63,392 nt of DNA from Candidatus Aquitaenariimonas noxiae (GCA_002780005.1 PEWV01000060.1:1-63392); one strand, 5' to 3'. Counted from the first letter of the stretch, positions 50,152 to 59,404 are shown. Numbers and translations: made by a program. The notes: generated from the sequence alone by a model not told the origin.

Positions 50152-50835
50152 CTATTTAAGCAAGTACCCAAAATACCCCGGGAACTTGGTTTCAAAAGTA
50201 AGACGCCTACCACTATAAGGATGGTTAAATGAAACCGATTTGGCATGAAGCGCCAATCGCTTATAGATATTATCCTTTTTGCCGTACTTTTCATCGCCCA
50301 CGACAGGATGCCCCCTATCCGCTAAATGCACTCTTATCTGGTTCTTCCTGCCGGTTATAAGGTTTATTTCGAGAAGGCTAAAGCGTTTTGTCTCTTTAAT
50401 AACTTTATAAGCGGTGTGGGATAATTTTCCTTCCTTAGCGTCCTTGGTGGAATAAACAACGTAGGCTTTGTTCTCTGCCAGATATGATGTAATGGTCCCG
50501 GCTTTATCATTAAATTGTCCGTGGACAACTGCAAGGTATTTCTTTTCTGTGCTGCCCCATTGCGCCTGCAAAGATAATTTAGCTTTTTCGCTCTTTGCGA
50601 AAATAAGGATACCTGAAGTACCCCTGTCTAAGCGGTGAACTATATATACCCTGTTTCTTGACTTGGAATAGCCCTTCCTCACATAATCGGTAAGGATATA
50701 GTACGCGGTCTTTACGGCTAAGCGGCCTGTTCCCATCGTAAGAAGCCCGGGCGGCTTATCCACAACGAGGATGTCCTTATCTTCATAGATTATCTCTATT
50801 CCGCCTAACCATCGTTTTTTGGGTAATTTTTTCAT
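50152..50835 (-). CDS. RluA family pseudouridine synthase
   Basis: DKPPG, VHRLDRGTSG, TGRKNQIRVH, GDEKY. Confidence 0.93.
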   Translation of the reverse strand: MKKLPKKRWLGGIEIIYEDKDILVVDKPPGLLTMGTGRLAVKTAYYILTDYVRKGYSKSRNRVYIVHRLDRGTSGILIFAKSEKAKLSLQAQWGSTEKKYLAVVHGQFNDKAGTITSYLAENKAYVVYSTKDAKEGKLSHTAYKVIKETKRFSLLEINLITGRKNQIRVHLADRGHPVVGDEKYGKKDNIYKRLALHAKSVSFNHPYSGRRLTFETKFPGYFGYLLK

Positions 50836-50993
50836 AAGATTTATTCTACAGCCCGTTTATTCGATCGCGAAACTTACGCTTACTACAGCCATAACCTTCT
50901 TATCGAGGGAGGGTGCGTCGCTTTCGCCACAATTTGGTACATCAGCCTTGGTGTGGAGATTATATGGATGCGCCTTTAGGATAGGTAATGAAT

Positions 50994-52790
50994 TTACTGC
51001 CCGAAAATCTTTTGCAACAGCGGATTAGTCGTTTCAGTCGTGCTGCCTTGCGGCGCCTGCTGCGTCTCTGTAGTTACCGGCGTTCCTGTCGTTGCCGGCG
51101 CCTCTGTCGTCTGCGGGTCAAGCCGCTTCATAAGATCCGAAATAAGTTCTGCGCCTTTTGTAACGGCGATTTTCGAAGCTATATACTTAATATTCGGCGC
51201 TACAATGCTTCCTTCAGGCCCGGCCGTAAAAGAGATCGGAAATTCAACCTGGCCCTGGTCATTCTCAAGCACTCCGATCATCTCGACCACCGCTACCATA
51301 GCCGAAGAAAACGACTTGCTGAAAAGCAGTTTTCCTTTACCCGATATGGTGCCTCCGAGAGAAATATTTGTCGCCCCTTCAAAATCTATGAAATCGCTCG
51401 ACATATTAAAGTTCTCAAGAATAATATTCCCATCGCTAATAGTAAAGGTCTGCTTGATCGGCTTTAAAATGGTATGTTCTTTACTGAGCGCCTCTTGTTC
51501 CTGCGGAGATAAACGCTGCTCGATAAGGCCTAACAGGCCCGGGAACATCGGAAGGGCTTCAAGGCTTTGCTTTACAATATTCATATTTAAAAGCATGCCG
51601 TTCTCAAGAGAAAACGAACCGTCCCCGGTCATGCTCTGCGATATGTCGGGCCATGTCTTGCCGTTCATAAGGCCTTCGAAATTAAGCGCAAATTTTCCGT
51701 CGATATAGCCCTTTTTTCCTAAAATCGACATGAGCACTTCTTTTAACTGCGGCGTCTCTGCGGAAAACTTTAAACTCGTCTTCGGGATTTCCTGGTAATT
51801 ATCGATCGTGCCGCTCGCCTTGATGAGCGCATTCACTATTCGCGTCGAAAGATTATTGATCGTGATCCGGCTTTCGCCGAGATCGGCGTTAAGGGCGATA
51901 TCTTCTATCGGTATTTTTTGAGCGCCTACGAGAAGAGAGCCCTTATCGAATGTTATTTTGCCCTGAAGGGTAGTGATCTTACCCGTATTTATTTTAAGAT
52001 CATTGATGTTAATTTTTAGATCCCCGGAAAATTTTTCACCCAATTGTGCCGCCTGTAAAGAAGGGACCGCTTTAACAAGCGATTGGTAATCCAAAGAATC
52101 GAGATTTAGGTCTAAAGAGAGGTTTTTAAAATACATAGGAGCCGTCGAAAAGCCGCCGATACTCCCCTTCATAGCTATGTTCTGGATATTACTGAAAAGC
52201 GCGGCTTTTATATCAAGCGCAACCGGTCCTCTAAGCGATACGTTCTCTAAGAGGACGTCCAATTTATCAAGCTTCATGTTAATAGGGGGCGTCATTGTCA
52301 TGTCCTCGAAACGCACATTGCCTCTTTTAATTTCAAAACGGTCTACAAGAAATGGCACTACCGGAGCCGCTTCTGCTTTTTTCCCGGCAGGCGCCGCTTC
52401 CTTAGGCTCCACGCCGCGAACTTTAACCAGTCCTTCTTTTGTCCTTGTTATACTAAGGACCGGGTTTTCAAAAGAGAGTGCCGATATATGAAATTTCTTT
52501 TGCAGCAATCCGAGTAATTGGAGTTTCGCGGTAATATTATCGGCGGATATAGCGATATCGCGCTTGTCGCCTTCCTGGGTGAATATCTTTAAGCTATCAA
52601 CGCCCAGGGTCAGCCCGCCGCTCCACTTTAAGGAAAGCGTTCCTATCTCGACCGGGTTACCCAAGGCAACCTCAAGCTGTTTTGTGATAAGCGGTTTATA
52701 GGAGTTGATGTTAAACTTAGCGATAAAGATCGCCGGCCCAACAAGACATACTAAGAAAATGACAATCGCAATTAAAAATAGCTTTTTCAT
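50994..52790 (-). CDS. AsmA family protein
   Basis: N-terminal TM followed by FNINSYKPLITKQLE..GNPVEIG; long beta-rich body. Confidence 0.75.
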   Translation of the reverse strand: MKKLFLIAIVIFLVCLVGPAIFIAKFNINSYKPLITKQLEVALGNPVEIGTLSLKWSGGLTLGVDSLKIFTQEGDKRDIAISADNITAKLQLLGLLQKKFHISALSFENPVLSITRTKEGLVKVRGVEPKEAAPAGKKAEAAPVVPFLVDRFEIKRGNVRFEDMTMTPPINMKLDKLDVLLENVSLRGPVALDIKAALFSNIQNIAMKGSIGGFSTAPMYFKNLSLDLNLDSLDYQSLVKAVPSLQAAQLGEKFSGDLKININDLKINTGKITTLQGKITFDKGSLLVGAQKIPIEDIALNADLGESRITINNLSTRIVNALIKASGTIDNYQEIPKTSLKFSAETPQLKEVLMSILGKKGYIDGKFALNFEGLMNGKTWPDISQSMTGDGSFSLENGMLLNMNIVKQSLEALPMFPGLLGLIEQRLSPQEQEALSKEHTILKPIKQTFTISDGNIILENFNMSSDFIDFEGATNISLGGTISGKGKLLFSKSFSSAMVAVVEMIGVLENDQGQVEFPISFTAGPEGSIVAPNIKYIASKIAVTKGAELISDLMKRLDPQTTEAPATTGTPVTTETQQAPQGSTTETTNPLLQKIFGQ

Positions 52791-52893
52791 AAACGCATCC
52801 TAATGTTAAAAATGAAACATCACATCTAGTGGGTCATGAAGTCGCGTAGTCGTAGGCTACCGTCTTAATGCGCCGTTTTTATCACTTTTTTAT

Positions 52894-53118
52894 TTACAGT
52901 TGAAATTTCGAAGCTTGTGTTGTTTTTTTTGAAAATTTTTCCTTAACGCCGTCCACGGCCTGCTGGAGGGCGCCGATTATTTTATCCACCTCTTCCGTAG
53001 TTGATTCATAAGCGGAAGATGAAAGATGCCCTAATAATTCTATTTTCTTTACAGCATTAGGCACCCTTTGTGTAGCTAATCTCTTAAATTTATCATGTTT
53101 GCTTTCCACTTCTGCCAT
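52894..53118 (-). CDS. Small helical hypothetical protein (KFKRLA..RV..IELLGHLS)
   Basis: SD AAGGAGG; 74 aa; resembles a widespread uncharacterised family. Confidence 0.75.
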   Translation of the reverse strand: MAEVESKHDKFKRLATQRVPNAVKKIELLGHLSSSAYESTTEEVDKIIGALQQAVDGVKEKFSKKTTQASKFQL

Positions 53119-53206
53119 CTTTTCCTCCTTTTTAATAAAAGCAGTCCAAATCCTTATTTCTAATTTTATCTTTTATGTGTAATTTACTAATTTTCCAGTG
53201 AAAAAT

Positions 53207-53235
53207 AGGTTATAACATAACTTATCTATTGTCAA
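53207..53235 (-). promoter_or_regulatory. Sigma70 promoter with AAGTTATGTTATAAC motif
   Basis: TTGACA-N17-TAACCT. Confidence 0.6.
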
Positions 53236-53261
53236 GAAATTAACTATTCTCATTGTTATCC

Positions 53262-53370
53262 GATGTTACTCGATTTATACTTTTGTTTTCGACTTTGGTG
53301 GGCATCCCTCGACTGCGCTCGGGATCTTTCGAGGGATCCCCAAGCCTGTCGAAGGACAATTTTGGCGCAA
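53262..53370 (+). repeat. Left copy of an imperfect direct repeat (with a 52-bp REP-like insert)
   Basis: 35/43 identity to 55051-55093; insert at 53305-53356. Confidence 0.75.
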
Positions 53371-53422
53371 GATTCATAACTGGGATACAATAACCATCCC
53401 CAAAATCTAATCTTTTCTTTAG

Positions 53423-53482
53423 GGGGCAGGCCTAAGATAGGATACGGGACGGGCCTGGGTTCAGTTTCAGGATCGTCCCTGA
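53423..53482 (+). repeat. Degenerate copy of the RAYT right-end repeat
   Basis: Gapless similarity to 57206-57265; two GGGAC-like units 23 bp apart, ending GTCCCTG. Confidence 0.6.
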
Positions 53483-54921
53483 TTGGACATAAATGTGCGC
53501 TTTATAGAATTACCGAGTCTGCCTTTTTGTATTTCTTTAACTACAATATTCTTTAGTACGAAGGGACTCACAATAAGGAAAGACATTATATCTTTAAAAG
53601 TATAAAACCTTACAATATTCATCTTCCACGCTATCTTCAAAAGCCTTGGCAACGTATAGAAAGAGAATCTTATTTTCTTACCTATCTTTTTTAGCGCAGG
53701 ATGGCTATACATATCGGAATAAAGCTCTCCTTTGTCGGTAATATGGTAACCGGGCGTTTTCTCGGCAAGCTCCTTAAGCGCTGAATATTTATCTATTCGC
53801 AATTTGTTGTAACTAATGGAATCAACTTTTATTTCTTTCGCGAACTTCGGTATGCACATCATCTCTTCCTCGGTCTCGCCTATATTACCGTAAATAAAGT
53901 AACCGTGGCAATATATAGGATATTTTCTCAAGATCTCAAAAGCTTTCCTTATATCATCCGAGTTAAAACCCTTATTCATTTGAGCTAGTATATGGTCATG
54001 CGGAGATTCTAGGCCTATTAAGAACATTTTAAAACCTGCCTTTACCGCCTTTTCCAACAATCTGGGATGTTTTGTTATTTCAATGCGCGCCTGGGCTATA
54101 AATCGTTTTTTTATTTTGCATTCTACTATTAAATCGCAAATTTTTTCCGCTCTTTTTACATCTACAAAAAAATTATCATCACTAAATAACACTATATCCG
54201 CGGTTATTCCTTCGATCTCTTCGATAACAGAATCAATGCTGCGGGCCGAGTAGTTTCTCTTTTGCCCCAGAGGATTTAAACTAAATGTGCAGAATTTACA
54301 GTTATAGGCGCATCCCCGCGCGCTCAACATATAATCATAAGTCGGGCTTGTAAGGTCAACGCCGTTTAATCTCATGTTGTATTTATTGCGCCTCAGGCTG
54401 CGATCCGGAGCGGCTATAGCGTTCACATCCGGCAGGGGCCTGTTTGCGTTGTGAATTATACTGCCGTTGTTTCTATAAGAGATGCCTAAAATATTTTCGA
54501 GAGGCAAACATTTAAAAATTTCCTTTATTGTCTCTTCGCCTTCTCCTCGTACGATAATATTTATTCTCGGAGAGGCTTTAAATAGATCTTCGGTTATCTC
54601 GGTTGCCGTATACCCTCCCACGACAAGTGGTATATTATCCGGCATTCGATTCAAGAGGTCATATATTTCGTTAAGCTGGCGGCGCCATCCGAGGCTAACG
54701 CATACAATATTTATTTCCTTGCGTATAAAATCTAGGAGCTTATTAACATCGCTTAAGTCTTTTTCGTATCTTAAGTCAATAAGCGTTATTTTATCCGCAA
54801 GGCCTTTGGCGTTTGCAGCTACATATTCAAGGCCTGTAGGCGGAAAAATTTCCATAATACTTCTTGTGTCGTCTTTATGGGCGACGTAAGGATTTAAAAA
54901 TAAAGCGTGTTTATATTTCAT
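53467..54921 (-). CDS. B12-binding domain radical SAM protein
   Basis: PPTGLEY, VRGEGE, RGCAYNCKFC, FSDDNF; start set at MKYKHAL. Confidence 0.9.
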   Translation of the reverse strand: MKYKHALFLNPYVAHKDDTRSIMEIFPPTGLEYVAANAKGLADKITLIDLRYEKDLSDVNKLLDFIRKEINIVCVSLGWRRQLNEIYDLLNRMPDNIPLVVGGYTATEITEDLFKASPRINIIVRGEGEETIKEIFKCLPLENILGISYRNNGSIIHNANRPLPDVNAIAAPDRSLRRNKYNMRLNGVDLTSPTYDYMLSARGCAYNCKFCTFSLNPLGQKRNYSARSIDSVIEEIEGITADIVLFSDDNFFVDVKRAEKICDLIVECKIKKRFIAQARIEITKHPRLLEKAVKAGFKMFLIGLESPHDHILAQMNKGFNSDDIRKAFEILRKYPIYCHGYFIYGNIGETEEEMMCIPKFAKEIKVDSISYNKLRIDKYSALKELAEKTPGYHITDKGELYSDMYSHPALKKIGKKIRFSFYTLPRLLKIAWKMNIVRFYTFKDIMSFLIVSPFVLKNIVVKEIQKGRLGNSIKRTFMSNQGRS

Positions 54922-55050
54922 TTGGAATTTCCTGGTGACACTTTTCACTCCGATCCCGAATTTGCCTTGTATTATAGTACAAACATGACCCACAAACAAG
55001 CACAAACGTGTCCTTTTGTTCAATCCAAAACTGTCGCTTTTTTATTACCT

Positions 55051-55107
55051 GATGTTACCCGATTTATCCCTTTGTTTTGAACTCCGGCGGGCACATTTTG
55101 GGCACAA
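55051..55107 (+). repeat. Right copy of the imperfect direct repeat (att/arm-site-like GGGCACATTTTGGGCACA)
   Basis: Matches 53262-53370 after removing the insert. Confidence 0.7.
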
Positions 55108-55137
55108 AAGTCATATCTAGACAAGACGTGCTATCGC

Positions 55138-56560
55138 TTATTCGGAACGCCCTTCTCTTTTTTCTTTAATCAAGCTTCCTATGCGCTTCAACTCTTCGGG
55201 TAATTTATCCTCAAAATCTATTGAAATATAGAAATACGAGTCGCAACTCTCGGTAATAGGCTTATCGCCTACAGGAAACCCCCACTCCAGCCTTATCAAT
55301 ACCTGGTCATAAAGCCTTAACCTTATTCCGCTGCCTACACCCCAGAAATCGACGGATTTTTTCTCCGTTGACAAAGGGGATCTTCGCTCTCCATGACCAT
55401 AATCAAGAAACGTAAACACTGTAACTTGGTCTCTTAAAGATTCCTTAGCATAAGGAAGCCGTATATTCTGCGGGATAAAAAAACTCGGTATAAGCAATTC
55501 CCCGCTTGCAGTAGCCGCGTTATCGGCTGAATAGTCACCGTCGGGGTAACCCCTAACCGAATTCATGCCACCCAAATAAAATGTCTCCTGAGGCATGAGT
55601 TTGGTAGAAGCAAACTGGGTTTTACATTTTAAATTTGCCTGAAAACTGCACGGCAGACTTTGTCTGCGCTGGACGTCAAAATTAAACTTGCTGAATGAGG
55701 ATTTTGCCGCTCTCGAAGCTAAGGGATTGTTGTTAGGGCTGGCACCGAATGTATCGACGCCTTGAGAAAATTTAGGAGAGAAATATGTCATACTGCCTAA
55801 AGCGCGATATACAAAGTTGCCGCCCGCGTTTATAATACGCAACCTATCCCTATTAATAGTCCCGGCATTCTCTTTGATCGTCTTATCTTTGGCGTCGAAT
55901 CCTAAAAATAATTCCCCTAAGCTTTCGCCTTTTGCGTTAAAAATATCCTGATATAAAGAAAAACTTATATTTTCTGCTTGTGAATTGATCCCAAATTGTG
56001 AAAAATCTTTTTTGGGAACGGCCTTACTTTCATTATACCCGTAAAGAAGGTGCGTGCCGCTAGCGCCTATGGGCAAATTGTGATAGGCATATTTTCCGCT
56101 GAAATCTTTCCCGAACATATAACCGGCCATAAGAACATCGTCCAGGCCTAAAAGATTATTATGCCTGAAACCAAGGCTGTTCCTGTATTTTCCTGTAGAA
56201 ATCGAGCCTTCATTGTCAAATGAGTATATCAAATGGAGAGGGAAGCGCGTTTTGGTTCGCAAGAGGATGTCCGTCGTACCAGGTTTTTCTCCGGCATGAA
56301 GCGTCGCCTTGACTTCGCGGTCAGGGTTTCTATTCATCAAATCTAAAAACTTCTTTATCCTGCTATAGCGAAGGATCTCTTCTGCTTTAATTTTCCAGAA
56401 ATCTCTTAGCCTATTCTTTTTAAAATACTTGTGCTCTTCGATACGGAGTTCGCCCATCCTTGCCTCCACGACCTCTAGCGTAACTGTGTTGTCTGTGATT
56501 TCCTGCGGAGACACAAAGACAGCTGCGATAATCCCGCGTTTTAAATACTCCTGTGTGTTT
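55138..56560 (-). pseudogene. 5'-truncated ShlB/FhaC/HecB (TpsB-like) beta-barrel protein
   Basis: Begins mid-POTRA (TQEYLKRG..PQEI); barrel motifs DNEG, VRGY, G-G-R; no signal peptide; abuts the RAYT hairpin. Confidence 0.8.
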
Positions 56561-56564
56561 CTCG

Positions 56565-57262
56565 GGGACAGGTCCCGCAACAATCCCAGACTTGTCCCTT
56601 ATTATAACCCTGAATTGTCCCTTTTTCAATCCCAGAATTGTATTTTTAACCAACCTGGACATGTCACTTTTTTTAAAATAGTTTGAAAGAAAATGCCTAC
56701 TTTTAGTGTCATGTATAGTAGGGGAGGTAATATCTATGCCGAGACAAGCCAGATTAGTTTTGGAAGGTTTTTGTTATCATATTATTAACCGGGGAAATCG
56801 TAAAGAGAGCATATTTAAAGATACCGATGATTACGAAAGATACCTCAAGCTGTTGTCTAGATATAAAATAAAGTATAATTTTAAGTTATACGGATGGTGC
56901 CTTATGAACAATCACGTCCATCTTATACTAGAATCTAATAAACTAAGCAATGCTATGCATGGTATAAATTTGTCATATGCGCAATATTTCAGATTCAAAT
57001 ATAATAAATCAGGCCACTTCTGGGAGGGCAGGTATAAGAGCTTTGTTATACAAAAAGACCAATACCTCATCAATTGCATCAGTTATGTGGAATATAACCC
57101 TGTTCGGGCAAATATAGTAAGTAGGCCTGAGGATTATAAATGGAGCAGCTATTCTACTAGACTTCTTGGGCAGTCGAATGGGTTACTTGATCCTTTAGCT
57201 CTTTAGGGACAGGTCTGAGATACGCTGGGGGACAGGTCTAAGATTGGCTTGGGACCTGTCCC
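56565..57262 (+). mobile_element. RAYT/IS200-like HUH element bounded by GGGACAGGTC-N14-GACYTGTCCC hairpins
   Basis: Left hairpin 56565-56598, right hairpin 57229-57262, extra unit at 57206. Confidence 0.75.
56736..57206 (+). CDS. REP-associated tyrosine (Y1/HUH) transposase
   Basis: MPRQAR, YHIINRGN, NHVHL (HUH), FWEGRYKS, YVEYNPVRA, YKWSSY; SD GGAGGT. Confidence 0.92.
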   Translation: MPRQARLVLEGFCYHIINRGNRKESIFKDTDDYERYLKLLSRYKIKYNFKLYGWCLMNNHVHLILESNKLSNAMHGINLSYAQYFRFKYNKSGHFWEGRYKSFVIQKDQYLINCISYVEYNPVRANIVSRPEDYKWSSYSTRLLGQSNGLLDPLAL

Positions 57263-57306
57263 TGGATTCTCGGGACAGTTTTGCCTGAGTTAAACTATGG
57301 CAAAAC

Positions 57307-57327
57307 TGGCGGAGGAGGTATGATTCG
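57307..57327 (-). repeat. Duplicate of the tRNA-Ser(UGA) 3' end (att-like)
   Basis: TGGCGGAGGAGGTATGATTCG vs TGGCGGAGGAGGTAGGATTCG (20/21). Confidence 0.75.
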
Positions 57328-57532
57328 TCGTCCCGCCCGTGCTTTAACTTCCGGCGGGACTCCTTAAAAAGGAAACCTGATGTTTCCTTTTTAATATTTT
57401 TCCTTCTTCCGCAAAGATGTTCTCGTGCGCCGATAAGGAAAAAACTATAGTTTTTTCCTTAAAATCCTTTTTCACGAATCCTACCAACTACACGCGTAAT
57501 ATAATACATCCTCAAACTGAGTTAATAATACT

Positions 57533-57622
57533 TGGCGGAGGAGGTAGGATTCGAACCCACGGTGGGCTTACGCCCACAACGGTTTTCAAGACCGCCGCTT
57601 TCAACCGCTCAGCCACTCCTCC
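57533..57622 (-). tRNA. tRNA-Ser(TGA)
   Basis: GGAGGAGTGG..CTTGAAA loop, long variable arm, TTCGAATC, CCA end; 90 nt. Confidence 0.95.
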
Positions 57623-57656
57623 AAAATTTCTATAGCTTTTCTCGTGTGGGAAATTT

Positions 57657-57697
57657 TGCCCCGAGGCACCATAGTTTAAGGTAAGTGCCGAGGGACG
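57657..57697 (-). repeat. REP-like hairpin (CGTCCCTCG..CTCGGGGC) 35 nt upstream of tRNA-Ser(UGA)
   Basis: Same family as 50075. Confidence 0.65.
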
Positions 57698-57701
57698 AAA
57701 C

Positions 57702-58736
57702 TTACTTCCCTTCCATAAACTCAAATATCGTTTCCGCCACGAGTTTATGGCCGTTCTCGTTCAAATGCCCGTCAAGAGGATAATATAAAGCTTGGTTTTT
57801 ATTATCCTTTAAAATTTTAAGCATGTCAATAAAATCTATATCGTGGGCTTTACAAAATTCCCTCGCCGCATTATCGAAATCATCCGTTGGTTTTTTATCA
57901 AAATAAAACGGGTTATTTATATTTTCAACCCCCTTAACCTGGAACTCCAGCGGCGCGATAAAAACGATGAGCTTTATTTTATTACTGTCGGCGATTTCTT
58001 TTATACGTGAAAGATAATCTTCTGTATCGCGCCACGCCTCTTTTTTAAGTTCATCATTGCCCTCCCGGATAAAAAAGAATTGGTCTACGGGAAACTTTTC
58101 TTTTTTGGATATTTTTTTCGCGAGTTTTACCTTTTGCCTTGAAAAATAATGATAAAACCTCGAATGCTGATAAATAAACGATCTTCCGAACGGAGGGTTG
58201 ACATTATCTTTTATGTTTTTATATTGATAATGGTCATCATACACGTCATTGGCGAAAAGCTGGACTATTATATAGTCGGGCTTGAACTTAAGCAATCTAT
58301 CCCTTATATATAAATATTCAAGCTTAGGCGAGTAACCTGACATGCCGGCATTGATCACCTCGACGTTCTCGCCTCTCTCTTTGAATAACTGCTCCAGGCG
58401 GCTTGAATAATTCTTACCCATGTCCACCTGGACGGCCTCTGTGAACGAATCCCCGACGGTGATAATCCTTAATGTCCCTTGATTTTTTCCAATATTGCAG
58501 GGCTTCCCTATAAACCCCCATTTATTGATATATCCATGGCCTATAAACTCGTTTTCGCGACCTTTGCTGGCAAAATAAGTATTCGGGATGTGCTGGGTGT
58601 GTAGATAAGGATCTGGGGTCCATATGTGCCCGCCTTCTATAGACGCCTCTATGCGGATAATTATTTCCCCGGCTGCAAGAAAAATAATTACGGAAAGGAT
58701 CAAGGAGAGAACCGTAAAAGAAAGTTTTTTACTCAT
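57702..58736 (-). CDS. SGNH/GDSL hydrolase family protein
   Basis: GDSFT, NAGMSGY, FANDV, DGHLNENGH. Confidence 0.9.
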   Translation of the reverse strand: MSKKLSFTVLSLILSVIIFLAAGEIIIRIEASIEGGHIWTPDPYLHTQHIPNTYFASKGRENEFIGHGYINKWGFIGKPCNIGKNQGTLRIITVGDSFTEAVQVDMGKNYSSRLEQLFKERGENVEVINAGMSGYSPKLEYLYIRDRLLKFKPDYIIVQLFANDVYDDHYQYKNIKDNVNPPFGRSFIYQHSRFYHYFSRQKVKLAKKISKKEKFPVDQFFFIREGNDELKKEAWRDTEDYLSRIKEIADSNKIKLIVFIAPLEFQVKGVENINNPFYFDKKPTDDFDNAAREFCKAHDIDFIDMLKILKDNKNQALYYPLDGHLNENGHKLVAETIFEFMEGK

Positions 58737-59398
58737 ACGACAAAAAGCTGGTTAAATATAGAAACATAGATATCCTTTGTGATCGTGATGAATGAACAAG
58801 AAAAATTTTTAAATGAAAAATCGGGCAGTAAGGATCCCAATAAAATGCCTATTACAAGAAAATTTATGATATAAACCAGTACTAGCGAATTCCAATAACC
58901 GAGCCGAAGGAAATCCGGCTGTTCTATCTTGGTTTTATCTATGGTCATGACTATATGGAACGAAAACGCAAAGCCTACTAGGAATATAAAATATCTTTCG
59001 GAAGAGCTGATCCTCCAGAAGGCATCCACGAACAGGTATAAGGCTAAGACCAGTATCGCGTGTATAGGAACGAAATAGGGTGCCAGCTCAATAAATGTAT
59101 TGGATTTATTAGTTTTCACGCTCCCGCCTTTTTTTGAAACTTTAAACGAGAAGATCTTGCCGCCGAAGATCCAGACGAATATCGCGTGCACAAATTCGTG
59201 GCCCGCTACGTACAAATAATCCATTTTAAAAAACACAATATACATGATAACGTACGCGACGACGCCGCAAAAAAAGTACCTGGACATAGTTGTCAGGGCC
59301 TTTACCCCGGTCAGTTCAAAGTAAAAAGCCTTTGTTACGGCAACAATAAAGGGTATGAACGCCACGCTTATGAGATTTTTTACTATTTTGCCAGCCAT
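58733..59398 (-). CDS. M50-like membrane metallopeptidase
   Basis: HEFVH (HExxH) in a TM context, LAPYF, Q-x-D. Confidence 0.65.
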   Translation of the reverse strand: MAGKIVKNLISVAFIPFIVAVTKAFYFELTGVKALTTMSRYFFCGVVAYVIMYIVFFKMDYLYVAGHEFVHAIFVWIFGGKIFSFKVSKKGGSVKTNKSNTFIELAPYFVPIHAILVLALYLFVDAFWRISSSERYFIFLVGFAFSFHIVMTIDKTKIEQPDFLRLGYWNSLVLVYIINFLVIGILLGSLLPDFSFKNFSCSFITITKDIYVSIFNQLFVV

Positions 59399-59404
59399 GA
59401 TCTT

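Noticed and set aside
56565-57262. GGGACAGGTC repeats as a CRISPR array
   Set aside because: Units are short, mixed in orientation, lack unique spacers of constant length and have no cas genes; they fit HUH transposase hairpins
57417-57724. ORFs 57417..57635 (+) and 57512..57724 (-)
   Set aside because: Both run through tRNA-Ser(UGA)
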